Assembly: GCA_002269645.1 (NCBI GenBank)
Contig: NIVC01000094.1
Coordinates: 806,001-870,000, forward strand
DNA: 64,000 bases
Reading direction: 5' to 3'
Origin: Macrostomum lignano
Lineage: Eukaryota
The translations under genes were made by a program, and so were the position numbers. Within the stretch, counting starts at the first letter, position 1; the number at the start of each line of letters is the position of its first letter. Below, piece after piece: positions 24,561 through 37,465 of the stretch. The notes below the pieces were generated by a model. The model was not told the origin of the DNA, did not search any database, and saw only the letters and a program-made list of their open reading frames with translations.

Positions 24561-25139
24561 AGGGTGGTGAATATGAAGGTTGAGGATTTAAAAGTGAAGA
24601 TGTGAAAGAATTTACGCTGTACTGCCTTGTTAATCATGCATTTCATATTGTTTGTCAATTTGCATTCAATGTAGACATTTGCCGCAGTTTGTGCGCTGAA
24701 CTTGCTGTTGTTATCGTTGATATTTCTGCTATTTTCAATCGATTTGTTTCCAGTGCTTGTTTATACGCCAGTCGTGATGAATTTAGGGCTGTTTATCTCT
24801 CGCTTGACCTGAGATGACCTCTGAGTTGAAGAGCTCGGCAGTGTTTTCAGTAAGTTAACTGCGGTTTTGCCTGATTTGAGCATCGGCTACTCCGGTAACT
24901 GTAGCTGGGAGTCGCGAGTTCCGTGTGATTTCATTTCTGATGGCGAGCCAACAGTTATAATTGTATTGTTTTCACTAGTTATGATTATTATTTTCAGCTT
25001 AACAGCCTGTCGTGTTTGGTGGTTCTTGTTAGATTAGATAAACATGGTTAATTAATTGGCAGATGGGCGGTGCATTGTTAGCAGATAAATTGGCAGATAA
25101 TATAATAATAGGCAGATAAGATAGTATATATATTGGTAT

Positions 25140-25500
25140 TTTTATTATTAGAGGCAGGGGGGTTGTGTGAAACCTGGCGCACTTTAAGCGACATTGTCAC
25201 CCAACCGGCGAGAGGCATTACTGCCCATTCCGCCGACTCCCCTGAGCAGGCAAACAAGCGCGCAGATACGTACGCAGTCATACGCACAGGCTCACACAGG
25301 GGAGTGTACAGCGGCCCTGGCTATATTTATGGCTAGCCATGTACACTGTGTCTTGGGGGTTGGTCCTCAAGGGCGTGATTGCACGAGCAGAGCCAAGCCG
25401 AGATTCCAACTTAGCCCAAATTAATGTGACTGCACTTGGAGAATCGAGCCTGGGCCGCTGGCACATCAGAGCGCCATTTGACTACTAAGCTACGCCCCCC
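25140..25500 (-). mobile_element. tRNA-derived SINE family 2, near full-length
   Basis: Minus strand GGGGGCGTAGCTTAGTAGTC (A-box-like), GGCTCGATTC (B-box, 25441-25450), TAATAATAA-like tail near 25145. Body homologous to 62748-62900. Confidence 0.6.
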
Positions 25501-25631
25501 ATAGATCGATTGGTAGATAGATAGTAGACAAATATGTAGTATCGGCATGTAGGTGCACTTAGTTACTAGCGGTAATCAGGCAGCAATTCCCCCATCGAAA
25601 TTGTCCAATTTTGCAGTGAATCGCACCAGCC

Positions 25632-27373
25632 ATGGCTGTCGAATACGTGCCAGTTGCTGAGGACGAGGGCGACGACCCGATAGAGGTGCCCACCGAGGCC
25701 GGCGGAGTCCTGCTGCTGTCCACCCTGGCCGCGCAGTTCCCCGGCCTCACCGGCCTGCGCTACCGCAACCCGGACACCAGCGCCATGCGGGCAGTGCGCC
25801 TCACGGACGGTGTACTGTACCCGCCGCCGGAGTTCAACTCCTGGAGTCACAACGGCAACGTGGTCTACTTGTGCACCTTTCCCAAGGACAACAAGCGCAA
25901 AGTAGACGAGGAACTCGGCGACGCGCCCGACTTCCGGCCGAAGAAACCGGACAGGAAGAAGTGCACGGACCTGATCGTGCTCGGCCTGCCTTACAAAGCC
26001 AACGAAGAGGATTTGAAGAGCTATTTCTCCAAGTTCGGCGAGCTGGTCATGTCGCAGATCAAGCGGGACTCGCAGGGCGGCAGTCGGGGCTACGGGTTTA
26101 TTCGGTTTGCCGAGTTCGAGTCCCAGATCGACTGTCTGACCTGCCCTAGACATCAGATAATGGTGCGGCTGCGCGGGGCTTGGTGGCTTTTACTGGGCCT
26201 CTGGCCTGCTGAAAAATCGCCCCCAACCATTGAGAATTGCCCCCCCCGCTACCATTGAGAATTGCGCCCCCCCCCAACTACCATTGAGAATTGCCCCCCC
26301 CCAGCTACCATTGAGAATTGCCCCCCCCCAGCTACCATTGAGAATTGCCCCCCCGCTACCATTGAGAATTGCCTCCCCCCAGCTACCATTGAGAATTGCG
26401 CCCCCCAGCTACCATTGAGAATTGCCTCCCCCCAGCTACCATTGAGAATTGCCTCCCCCCAGCTACCATTGAGAATTGCCCCCCCCAGCTACCATTGAGA
26501 ATTGCGCCCCCCCCAGCTACCATTGAGAATTGCCCCCCCAGCTATCATTGAGAATTGCGCCCCCCCAGCTACCATTGAGAATTGCCCCCCCCCAGCTACC
26601 ATTGAGAATTGCCCCCCCAGCTACCATTGAGAATTGCGCCCCCCAGCTACCATTGAGAATTGCCCCCCATCTACCATTGAGAATTGCCCCCCTCCAGCTA
26701 CCATTAAGAATTGCCCCTCCCCCCAGCTACCATTGAGAATTGCCCCTCTCCAGCTACCATTGAGAATTGCCCCCCTCCAGCTACCATTGAGAATTGCCCC
26801 TCCCCCCAGCTACCATTGAGAATTGCCCCCCTCCAGCTACCATTGAGAATTGCCCCTCCACCCAGCTACCGTTAAGAATTGCCCCTCCCCCAGCTACCAT
26901 TGAGAATTGCCCCCCCCCAGCTACCGTTAAGAATTGCCCCCAATTTGTTGTCTCAAATTGCCCCCCGCTCTGCCGCCCAGAACCGCTGGTGCGAAGTGAA
27001 GGTGCCGATCAGCCAGGGCGAGCCGGCCGCCCCGGCCAGCGTGCCTCGCCGCGTTTTCGTCGGCGGCATCACGGAGGAGATGACCAGCCAGGTGTTGAAG
27101 GACTTCTTTAACCAGCACGGCACGGTGGAGGAAGTGTACATCCCCAAGCCGTTCCGCAACTTCGCCTTCGTCACATTTGCCGACTCAACCACCGTCGATC
27201 GCCTGGTCGGGCAGGACTTCGACATCGAGGGCACTACGGTCCACGTTGGCACCGCGATTCCGAAGCACGGCGGGAGCCTCGGCTTTTCGGGTGGCGGCCT
27301 AGGCCAGATGCGAGGCGGCCGGGGTGGCGGCCACCAGATGGGACCTCCGCGAGGCCGTGGCTGGCAGCCAATG

Positions 27374-27406
<33 letters not shown>

Positions 27407-27628
27407 CCTGGCGGCGGCCAGATCGGTTCGGGCGGCGCGCCTGGCGGCTCCGGGGTCTACCAGGATGTGGTGAACGTCCTGGCCTCGAATCCGCAGGTTC
27501 TGGCGGCCGCCCTGGCCCAGGTGACCAGCATGGCAACCGGCGGCGGCGGTGCCACGGGCGGCGGAGGCGGCGGTCGCGGTTACGGAGGTCGGGGCGGCGA
27601 CCAGGGCGGCTACGGTAACTACTGGTAG
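25632..27628 (+). CDS. TARDBP: TDP-43 homolog, copy B; exons 25632-26162 and 26981-27628; about 392 aa
   Basis: Same architecture and intron position as copy A. RRM1 reads LGLPYK; extra PAAPASVP linker and a C-terminal RGYGGRGG. Confidence 0.93.
26226..26940 (+). repeat. About 24-27 bp minisatellite (CAGCTACCATTGAGAATTGCCCCCC)n filling the TDP-43 copy B intron
   Basis: Read directly. Confidence 0.95.
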
Positions 27629-28007
27629 CGCAGCAGCTGTGGGATCCGCAACTACTGAGTTCTTTGTTCGTTCGCCATCCAGCTATTAACAATTTCTCAT
27701 TTTTTGCTGTCGATCTTTTGTGTAACACGCAGTTAATGCGGCTGATTTGTCGTCAAGTCTTGTAATAACTGTTTCCCTAGCCGCGGCGTCAGGTTTTCTC
27801 CCCGTCTCCCATCGCCCTTGCTGTCTCGAATACCGACATCAAAATAGAATGATTAACCAGCTGGCTATCGCGTGAGTTTTGCTTCACTTAATTTACGCGA
27901 CATCCTGTTGTTGTTGTCTAGTGCAACATTGAATGCCTAAAATTGGTTAAAGTACGCTTTTGTTTAGTTTATTTACTGGATATGTGGACCATGCGGGACT
28001 GTCCGGT

Positions 28008-28905
28008 ACTTATGACCGGTTCAAGAGACAGTCCGATCCTTATGACCGGTTCAAGAGACAGTCCGATCCTTATGACCGGTTCGAGAGACAGGTCGATCCT
28101 TATGACCGGTTCGAGAGACAGTCCGATCCTTATGACCGGTTCGAGAGACAGTCCGATCCTTATGACTGGTTCGAGAGACAGTCTAATCCTTATGACCGGT
28201 TCGAGAGACAGTCCGATCCTTATGACCGGTTTGAGAGACATTCGGATCCTTATGACCGGTTCGAGAGACAGTCTAATCCTTATGACCGGTTTGAGAGACA
28301 GTCCGATCCTTATGACCGGTTTGAGAGACATTCGGATCCTTATGACCGGTTCGAGAGACAGTTCGATCCTTATGACTGGTTCAAGAGACAGTCGGATCCT
28401 TATGACCGGTTCGAGGTATCGAGATATTCGAGATATATTCGAGATTCGAACTGTCTCTCGATCCTCATGACCGGTTCGAGAGACAGTCGGATCCTTATGA
28501 CCAATTCGAGACAGTCTAATCCTTATGACCGGTTTGAGTGACAGTCCGATCCTTATGACCAATTCGAGAGACAGTTCGATCCTTATGACTGGTTCAAGAG
28601 ACAGTCGGATCCTTATGACTGGTTCAAGAGACAGTCGGATCCTTATGACCAGTTCCTGAGACAGTCCGATCCTTATGACCGGTTCGAGGTATCGAGATAT
28701 TCGAGATATTCGAGATATATTCGAGATATTCGAGATTCGAACTGTCTCTCGATCCTCATGACCGGTTCGAGAGACAGTTCGATCCTTATGACCGGTTCGA
28801 GAGACAGTTCGATCCTCATGACCGGTTCGAGAGACAGTTCGATCCTCATGACCGGTTCGAGAGACAGTTCGATCCTCATGACCGGAACGAGAGACAGTTC
28901 GATCA
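28008..28905 (+). repeat. 30 bp minisatellite (CCTTATGACCGGTTCGAGAGACAGTCCGAT)n
   Basis: Read directly; interrupted twice by a (GAGATATTC)n patch and an inverted sub-unit. Confidence 0.93.
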
Positions 28906-30939
28906 TTTTGACCGTTATAAAATACAACAATAATTCATAAGTGTGTCCTATGCTTACTACTATGTGCAGTTCAGAAAGATATATTAAACTTTTTTCTTAC
29001 GCCACATAGGTAAAATAGGGCCTTTTACCTTTGCAATATTTATTTCAATTCTTCAGTGGGTCAAGAACCCATGCGAACTCTCGCTCTTTTCCAGCATTAA
29101 TTAACCTTGCTTCATCTTCATATTTCACAGCAGTTTTCTGCCTCTATTTTGCTCGGCCGCAACATTGCTCAGCTGACTAGCGGTGCTGGTAGCAGTTGCT
29201 GATCGAAAAATAGTTCAGTAGGAGGTCACGCCCTCTTCTCTCCACCCGTCCGTGTAAGTCGGTCTTGGCTGGGCAAACTGGAGATAAACTTTGACAGGGC
29301 GAGAGAGTGAGTGCCAGGGTGGCTTATCTTGCACTCTGTTTTCTGACTGCTGTGACCCCGGTTGACCTATGGCCTACAATGGGGGCATCAGCTGAAAGTG
29401 AAGCGAGGCCTCAATGTTTTCTGGCCGTGTGTGTGTTGCGTGTTCTTTTGGGGGGGGGGGAAGACTTGGCAGCCTTGGACTACTGCAACAAGGGCATCTT
29501 ATCTGCAGCAAGCATTCAGGCTGTAGCAAGTACTGTTTTCTGACATATTGACTGCTGCTTAAGTGTAAGATTTCGCTGCGAGTGAACTTTGGAATTTAGG
29601 CTGCGGGAACCAAACTAGAAACGAGCCAGAGCCAGTGTGAGTCGCTATGTTACTCGTATCTTATTTTAATTTGCATTTGCATTTTCTACGAGATGACAGT
29701 GGCAATTAGGTATGGTGTGTTCTATTAAGATTGGTTGATTGAATCCTGAGTCTCTCAAACAATGAAAACTCTCACCTGGACTTTCGGTTTCCAGATGAAG
29801 AATTTCTTTATTTGTATTAGTCTCACGGCGGTACCAGCCGCCACTACACTTTACAGTTGTGACCTTTGCTGTCACCTCCTCGGCCACTCCTCATTCATTC
29901 ATTGTGCGACATCGATCGGACGTTCGCTTCTGTCCAGTGCATCCAGGACAATTGGCTGTGCTTCTCGTCACTGATCCTGGAGTACACGCGCGCACTTATG
30001 GACCGTTGCCTTGTCTATCAGGGTCTTCGTCGGGGGGAGGGGGCTAGCTGTTTCGAAGCTCGCGTTAGTTTCCTCATCGGGCGTTAATGCATCTGCATCC
30101 ATGACTCCAGTCAGTGCAAATTCCAGAAAAAATTGGCAAGGCTTTGGAGTGCAAAGGCAGCCACTGCTTCTCGAGCTGTTATGTCTGCCAAACGTTTGTT
30201 TGTCTGTCTGCTAACCTTGTCCGATCTGGGCGCACACAGTGCCGCGCACTGCATAATGCAGTGCAGTGCAGCCAAAACGCCCCGCGGGTCACCATGAATA
30301 CTAGCTTAAAGCCCAAGCCACGCCTTGAGAATCGCACTGCACCGCAGGCGCGGCAGCAGCAGATAGCAAAAGTTTGAGCTTGGTCTAAAAATGGCTACCC
30401 AGGTCAGGAGGCAAGGCCTAAAACTCTTTGCTGTCTGTCTCTGTCTGCCCAGTCAAGCTGCAGGTCAGAGCGCACTCGCTGAGTATACGCACTCGCTGTC
30501 TCTACCGGCCTTCGGGTTCTGGGTGGGCAGCAAGCGGAATACAATGCAGGGAGAGGTTGAGCTGATGATGGCTGGGCGGCCTCTGCCAACTGTGGAGGTC
30601 ACACACTGCATCATATACAGATATGGCTATTATTGTCTGTCTGTCTGTGCCCGCATGGCTATAGCTGAGGTTTGCTCACAAAAACAATAATTTTCAGAAG
30701 CTGCAACCAGTCTGATATAAATCATCTCTTTGCCGCCGGCCTACTGATCCGTGCTTCTGCCTCTCCTATTGCTCTTCTGTGAGCTGCTATGCTCTTAGCC
30801 TGTATGAAGCGAGGGTTGGCCCGAGACCCTGGAGTCTTTGGGACTGACTGCAGGTCGTTATTAGATCATTAATCGGCGTTTTTAGTATATTGAAACTATT
30901 GCAATTGAATGGGATTAATTACGAGTAAAATGGAACAGA

Positions 30940-31680
30940 CATGGAACGGAATAGAGTGAAATGGAATGAAGTGGAATGGGGTGGAATGGAATGGAAAGGA
31001 ATGAAACATGGAAAGGAATGGGGTGGAATGGAATACAATGGAGCGGAATGGAATGGAATGGGAGGGAGTGGAATGGAATGCAGTGGAATGGAATGGAGTG
31101 GAATGGAATGCAGTGGAATGGAGTGGAATGGAATGGAGTGGAATGGAATGGAGTGGAATGGAATGCAGTGGAATGGAGTGGAATGGAATGGAGTGGAATG
31201 GAATGCAGTGGAATGGAATGGAGTGGAATGGAGTGGAATGGAATGTAGTGGAATGGAGTGGAATGGAATGGAGTGGAATGGAATGGAGTGGAATGGAATG
31301 GAGTGGAATGGAATGCAGTGGAATGGAGTGGAATGGAATGGAGTGGAATGGAATGCAGTGGAATTGAGTGGAATGGAATGGAGTGGAATGGAATGGAGTG
31401 GAATGGAGTGGAATGGAATGGAGTGAAATGGAATGGAATGGAGTGAAATGGAATGGAATGGAGTGAAATGGAATGGAATGGAGTGAAATGGAATGGAATG
31501 GAGTGAAATGGAATGGAATGGAGTGAAATGGAATGGAATGGAGTGAAATGGAATGGAATGGAAGGGAGTGGAATGGAATGCAGTGAAAATGAATGGAATG
31601 CAGTGGAGTGGAATGGAATTGAGGTGAATGGAATGGAGTGGAATGGAATGCAGTGGAATGGAATGGAATGATGGAATGAA
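30940..31680 (+). repeat. (GGAAT/GGAGT)n pentamer satellite
   Basis: Read directly. Confidence 0.95.
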
Positions 31681-33097
31681 TTGGAAAAGAAAAGCGTGAA
31701 AAGGGGTGTAGTGGAAGGGAGTAACTTAGTAGGTGGAGCAGGCAACTCCTCCATGTACTTAGTCTATATATTCAACAACCAGTGAGCAAGTCTGTTTGAT
31801 GTTAAATCTTGACTTTGCATGCAATTAAGTTATCGCGTGCTGTAATTAAGTGTCCTTACTCCGTACCTAATGATAATCAGGTAAATAGACTAATAGTTGA
31901 AGTCTTTCTTAGAAAGTTAGAACAGAAAGAACGCCCCAGTCTAACAGCCTTCAAGCCCTTGACCAATAATGGTGGAGCAACAATAGTCCTCAGTAGAACG
32001 AACACAGCAATAATGGCGTGCCTGTCCACCCGGCCAGCTCCTCCTGTACGACAGACAGGTCGGGAAAAGTTTAAGCGGACTTGTTCTATGGCCTCAGGCT
32101 ATTATAGCTGCCTGGAATTGGGTCGCAGCTGCAGGCACTGTAAGTCTTAGGGGGGGGGGGGAGAGTCAACCTAATGCGGGCTCAAAGAGAAAATGTGTCA
32201 GGCATAAGCGGGTGAAAAAACGCATGGCTCTAGCCACTAGCCATAGCCACTGCGTACGAAGCCATATGCAATACTTCAGACGGACTTCTCTGCCAGACTG
32301 GGGAAGGCTGTTTGGCTTTAACTACGACAGTATGGATATAATTTGGGACCGAACTCTTCATCTGACACCCCCTTTCTCTTCTCTAACTGTGCCACTTTAC
32401 CGTCTTCTGTAATTGCTATTAGCTATCACAAAAACAAACTAAACAGCGCTGACCTCCACTCTGCTCCCGCAGCCTCCCTTAGCCTGCGGTGCGGGGGCTC
32501 GCTTTATTTTTTTGGCTTAAATTTTGACCCCCTTAGCTTGACCAGCCGCCCTCTACCACCCCACCACCCCAGACAGACAGCCCCCATTGGCTGCCTGCAC
32601 CCCCATGCCCCCCACCTCCTCACGATCTCTCCTATGCCCCCATCGTTTTTTACTGGATTCAGCTGGAGAGCCCGCTGCGGGGGGGGGGACGCAGGCAGAC
32701 CGCGAACTTTTATAACCCTTTACCCCCCTGGCTGCCTTAGCCTTTCCACGTGTTCTGCGGTGGTGGCTCCCCGCTCGCATACCACACACTTCCACCACAC
32801 GCAGCCCTTGTCAGTTTTTTCCCATATCCCCCCACAACCAGACAAAGAGAGCCCCCTCCCCAGACCCCTCTTCCCCTATTTGCCCGATCTTCTCCCACCG
32901 CCCCCCCCTGTCTGGGAGCTCTGATTCGCAACCTTATTCAACCCCTCAGACCTTAATTCATTCATATACGTGTTTGCTACATATAATAGCGTACGGCCTC
33001 CGCACTATTCACATGCAATGTCGCTCGCTTATCTTAACTGAAGTTTACTGCTCACGGTTCTAAAACATATTGGACACTGGACAGACAGACGGATAGA

Positions 33098-36000
33098 ATG
33101 CACAGAACTACCGAGGGATGCGACAACAGCGGGAGTTTCTTCCATGGAGGTCGCGGGCAGCAGCAGCCGCCGCCTCAGCTGATGGCCGGCCGTCCATTTG
33201 CACCTGGACATCCGCATGGCTCCGGCCTGCTGATGCCCCCCCTGGCCGAACTGATGAAATCTTCGCCTCACTTGTTGGTGAGTGCAGGCTTTCTACTGTA
33301 AACCCTTGTCTTGGGGTCATTTAAATGAATCTTGTCTGATACGGTCCTAATGAGTCTGTTGGGGTGTCATTATGATCCTAATGAGTCTGTTGGGGTGTCA
33401 TTATTATCCTAATGAGTCTGTTGGGGTGTCATTGTGGTCCTAATGAGTGTGTTGGGGTGTCATTATGATCCTAATGAGTCTGTTGGGATGTCATTATGAT
33501 CCTAATGAGTCTGTTGGGGTGTCATTGTGGTCCTAATGAGTGTGTTGGGGTGTCATTATGATCCTAATGAGTGTGTTGGGGTGTCATTATGATCCTAATG
33601 AGTCTGTTGGGGTGTCATTATGGTCCTAATGAGTCTGTTGGGGTGTCATTATGGTCCTAATGAGTCTGTTGGGGTGTCATTATGGTCCTAATGAGTGTGT
33701 TAGAGTGTCCTTATGGTCCTAATGAGTGTGTTAGAGTGTCCTTATGGTCCTAATGGGTGTGTTAGGGTGTCAATATGGTCCTAATGGGTGTGTTAGAGTG
33801 TCATTATGATCCCAATGAGTGTGTTGGGTGTCATTATGGTCCCAATGAGTGTGTTGGGGTGTCATTATGGTCCCAATGAGTGTGTTGGGATGTCATTATG
33901 GTCCCAATGAGTCTGTTAGGGTGTCATTATGGTCCTAAGACCTAATGAGTCTGTTGGGGTGTCATTATGATCCTAAGACCTAATGAGTCTGTTAGGGTGT
34001 CATTATGGTCCCAATGAGTCTGTTAGGGTGTCATTATGGTCCTAAGACCTAATGAGTCTGTTGGGGTGTCATTATGATCCTAAGACCTAATGAGTCTGTT
34101 AGGGTGTCATAATGGTCCTAAGACCTAATGAGTCTGTTGGGGTGTCATTATGGTCCTAAGACCTAATGAGTCTGTTGGGGTGTCATTAGGGTCCTAATGA
34201 GTGTGTTAGGGTGTCCTCATGGTCCTAATGGGTGTGTTAGGGTGTCATTATGGTCATAATGAGTGTGTTAGGGTGTCATTATGGTCCTAATGGGTGTGTT
34301 GGGGTGTCATTATGGTCATAAGGAGTGTGTTAGGGTGTCATTATGGTCCTAATGAGTGTGTTGGGGTGTCATTATGGTCCTAATGAGTGTGTTAGGGTGT
34401 CCTTATGGTCCTAATGGGTGTGTTAGGGTGTCAATATGGTCCTAATGGGTGTGTTAGAGTGTTGGGGTGTCATTATGGTCCCAATGAGTGTGTTGGGATG
34501 TTATTATGGTCCCAATAAGTCTGTTAGGGTGTCATTATGGTCCTAAGACCTAATGAGTCTGTTGGGGTGTCATTATGATCCTAAGACCTAATGAGTCTGT
34601 TAGGGTGTCATTATGGTCCTAATGGGTGTGTTGTTGTGTCATTATGGTCCTAATAAATCAATTTGTGTGACATAATGATCCTAACTAATCCGTTTTAATC
34701 TCCTATATGATACTATCTTCTAGTACTTTTGAGTGTCATGCAGCTGTCACCCATGGGCTAGCAGTCCATGATCCAGTCCAGACTTAGTCCGCAGCTTGAC
34801 ATTCAACTATCAGGCTGTTTTGTTTAAATCGATACTGTTTTATTATCTTATTATTAATTATGAGCTCTAGCTTATAATAGTGCTCAGAGAAGTTTGTTGT
34901 CCTGCCTGTCAAGATATCCCAAATCATTATCCTCCCTATTCTCGTCTTGTCTAAGATAAAGGAATTTAAAAATAGGCCAAAGCGTAGCGCAGTTTAGCCT
35001 TTAGCGTAAACACATTGTGATACAGTGAAGTACATTATTTAATAGTTTAGGTTTAGTATTAGTAATAGTATTAATATGGATTGTTATGTATTGCAACGGG
35101 TCTGTTAAGCTCTCGCTGGGTAACTCCTGCACATTTTGACCTTGCCTTGCGCATATAGTTGTATAGTTAAGTTTTGTAAACAGCATATTTTCTAACTCTA
35201 ACAATGGGTAGTGACTGCCTTTTAGTATAGAGACTCGCTGACTCACGGCTCTGAGATTCTCTGGAGCATTCCCTGGGGTAAGGGGAATATCAAAGTTGGA
35301 GAATTCTCTGGAGCATTCCCTGGGGTAAGGGGAATCTCAAAGTTGGAGAATTCTCTGGAGCATTCCCTGGAGTAAGGGGAATCTCAAAGTTAGAGAATTC
35401 TCTGTTGTAAGGAGGATCTCAAAGTAAGGGAATTCTCTGGGGTAAGGGAAATCTCAAAGTAAGGGAATTCTCTGTGATAAGGGGAATCTCAAAGTAAAGG
35501 AATTCTCTGTGATAAGGGGAATCTCAAAGTAAGGGAATTCTCTGGAGTAAGAGGAATCTCAAAGTTGGAGAATTCTCTGGGGTAAGGGGAATCTCAAAGT
35601 AAGGGAATTCTCTGTGATAAGGGAAATCTCAAAGTAAGGGAATTCTCTGTGATAAGGGGAATCTCAAAGTAAAGGAATTCTCTGTGATAAGGGGAATCTC
35701 AAAGTAAGGGAATTTTCTAGAGTAAGGGGAATCTCAAAGTTGGAGAATTCTCTGGGGTAAGGGGAATCTCAAAGTTAGGGAATTCTCTGGGGTAAGGGAA
35801 ATCTCAAAGTTAGGGAATTCTCTGGGGTAAGGGAAATCTCAAAGTTAGGGAATTCTCTGGGGTAAGGAGGAATCTCAAAGTTAGGGAATTCTCTGGGGTT
35901 AAGGAGAATCTCAAAGTTGGGAAATTTCTGTACAAAAGGGAATTTCAAAGCATGATTCTCATAAGCTAGCAGTTTTAAAGCTGGGATCTTTCTGAGCAAT

Positions 36001-36660
36001 TGGGAATTTCAATTGGATAATTATCTGGAGCAGAAGGAATCTCATAGACACTGACACTGCAGCGGTAAATCAGACCCAGCGGCTAAGCCCGTCAGTCCCG
36101 GCCTCGAGGGGTCGGACAGGCAGGGCAGGAGAACCAGTATGACAGTTGGAACAAATATCATAGAAGCAGTTATTGCGGGAGGCCAGAGAAGTGCTGCATG
36201 CGACACAGGGCAGTTGGACTTGTATTAGGGAAATGCTTCAGTACCGCCCAGTGCAGCAGCATCCGTGCTCTGGCCCACCGGCACAGCCACTATAGTAAGC
36301 GCGAGGTCCGAGAACCCTTAAAAGACTGTTGTTTTTGTTTTTTTGGTTTTCAACAGAGTGGCCGCAGATCTGCTGGGTTGAAGGGCCGAAAGACAACTCT
36401 AGACAGAAGTGCTTGCCATTGCTGAAGAAATCCCTGGTGATATTTCCGCTGCGCCGGCCTCTATCTATCTGTTTGCTTTCGTGCAGGCGACCTTTTCTCG
36501 TAAAAATAAAACGCAGATAGCTGGCCGGCACAAATAGGTAGGGGATGGGGGTACAGATGACCCACAACTGAGGTGCACTGAATCACTGGAGTGGCTAAGT
36601 GCTTAGGGGCGGGGAGGGCTTGTTTGGCGACTCTGACACCAGACAGACCGACAGACAGAC

Positions 36661-36694
<34 letters not shown>

Positions 36695-36700
36695 GCAGAC

Positions 36701-36734
<34 letters not shown>

Positions 36735-36752
36735 GCAGACAGGCAGGCAGGC

Positions 36753-36789
<37 letters not shown>

Positions 36790-36832
36790 GGCAGGCAGAC
36801 AGACAGGCAGACAGACAGACAGACAGGCAGGC

Positions 36833-36869
<37 letters not shown>

Positions 36870-37109
36870 GGACAGAGAGGCAGGCAGACAGACAGACAGG
36901 CAGACAGACAGACAGACAGGCAGACAGACAGGCAGACAGACAGACAGACAGACAGACAGACAGGCAGGCAGGCAGACAGACAGGCAGGCAGACAGACAGG
37001 CAGACAGACAGACAGGCAGGCAGACAGACAGGCAGGCAGACAGGCAGGCAGGCAGACAGACAGGCAGGCAGGCAGGCAGACAGACACTGAGACAGACAGA
37101 CAGACAGAC

Positions 37110-37140
<31 letters not shown>

Positions 37141-37382
37141 GGCAGGCAGACAGATAGGCAGACAGACAGACAGACAGATAGACAGACAGACAGGCAGGCA
37201 GACAGACAGGCAGGCAGACAGGCAGGCAGGCAGACAGAGAGGCAGGCAGGCAGACAGACACTAAGACAGACAGACAGACAGACAGGCAGGCAGACAGATA
37301 GGCAGACAGACAGACAGACAGATAGACAGGCAGACAGACAGACAGACAGGCAGACAGGCAGACAGGCAGGCAGGCAGGCAGG

Positions 37383-37465
<83 letters not shown>

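Larger units (their letters stand above)
12865..27925 (+). repeat. Tandem segmental duplication: unit A about 12865-19203, unit B about 19204-27925
   Basis: Collinear homologous blocks: array, 13456-13910/22736-23190, SINE family 2 relic, TDP-43 exon 1, intron, exon 2, and 3' region ending TTGTCTAGTGCA (19203 and 27925). Confidence 0.9.

Noticed and set aside
28008-28905. CRISPR-like appearance of regular 28-30 bp repeats
   Set aside because: Units are contiguous with no unique spacers, there are no cas genes, and the context is eukaryotic.
30940-31680. Similarity to human satellite III, suggesting contamination
   Set aside because: The pentamer is a simple repeat that arises convergently, and the flanks are continuous with the local sequence.
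29200-33000. Moderately GC-rich stretches with short ORFs between TDP-43 B and the receptor
   Set aside because: No recognisable domain in the frames I translated and no consistent exon chain. Could hold 5' UTR exons or old element remnants, but I cannot support that.
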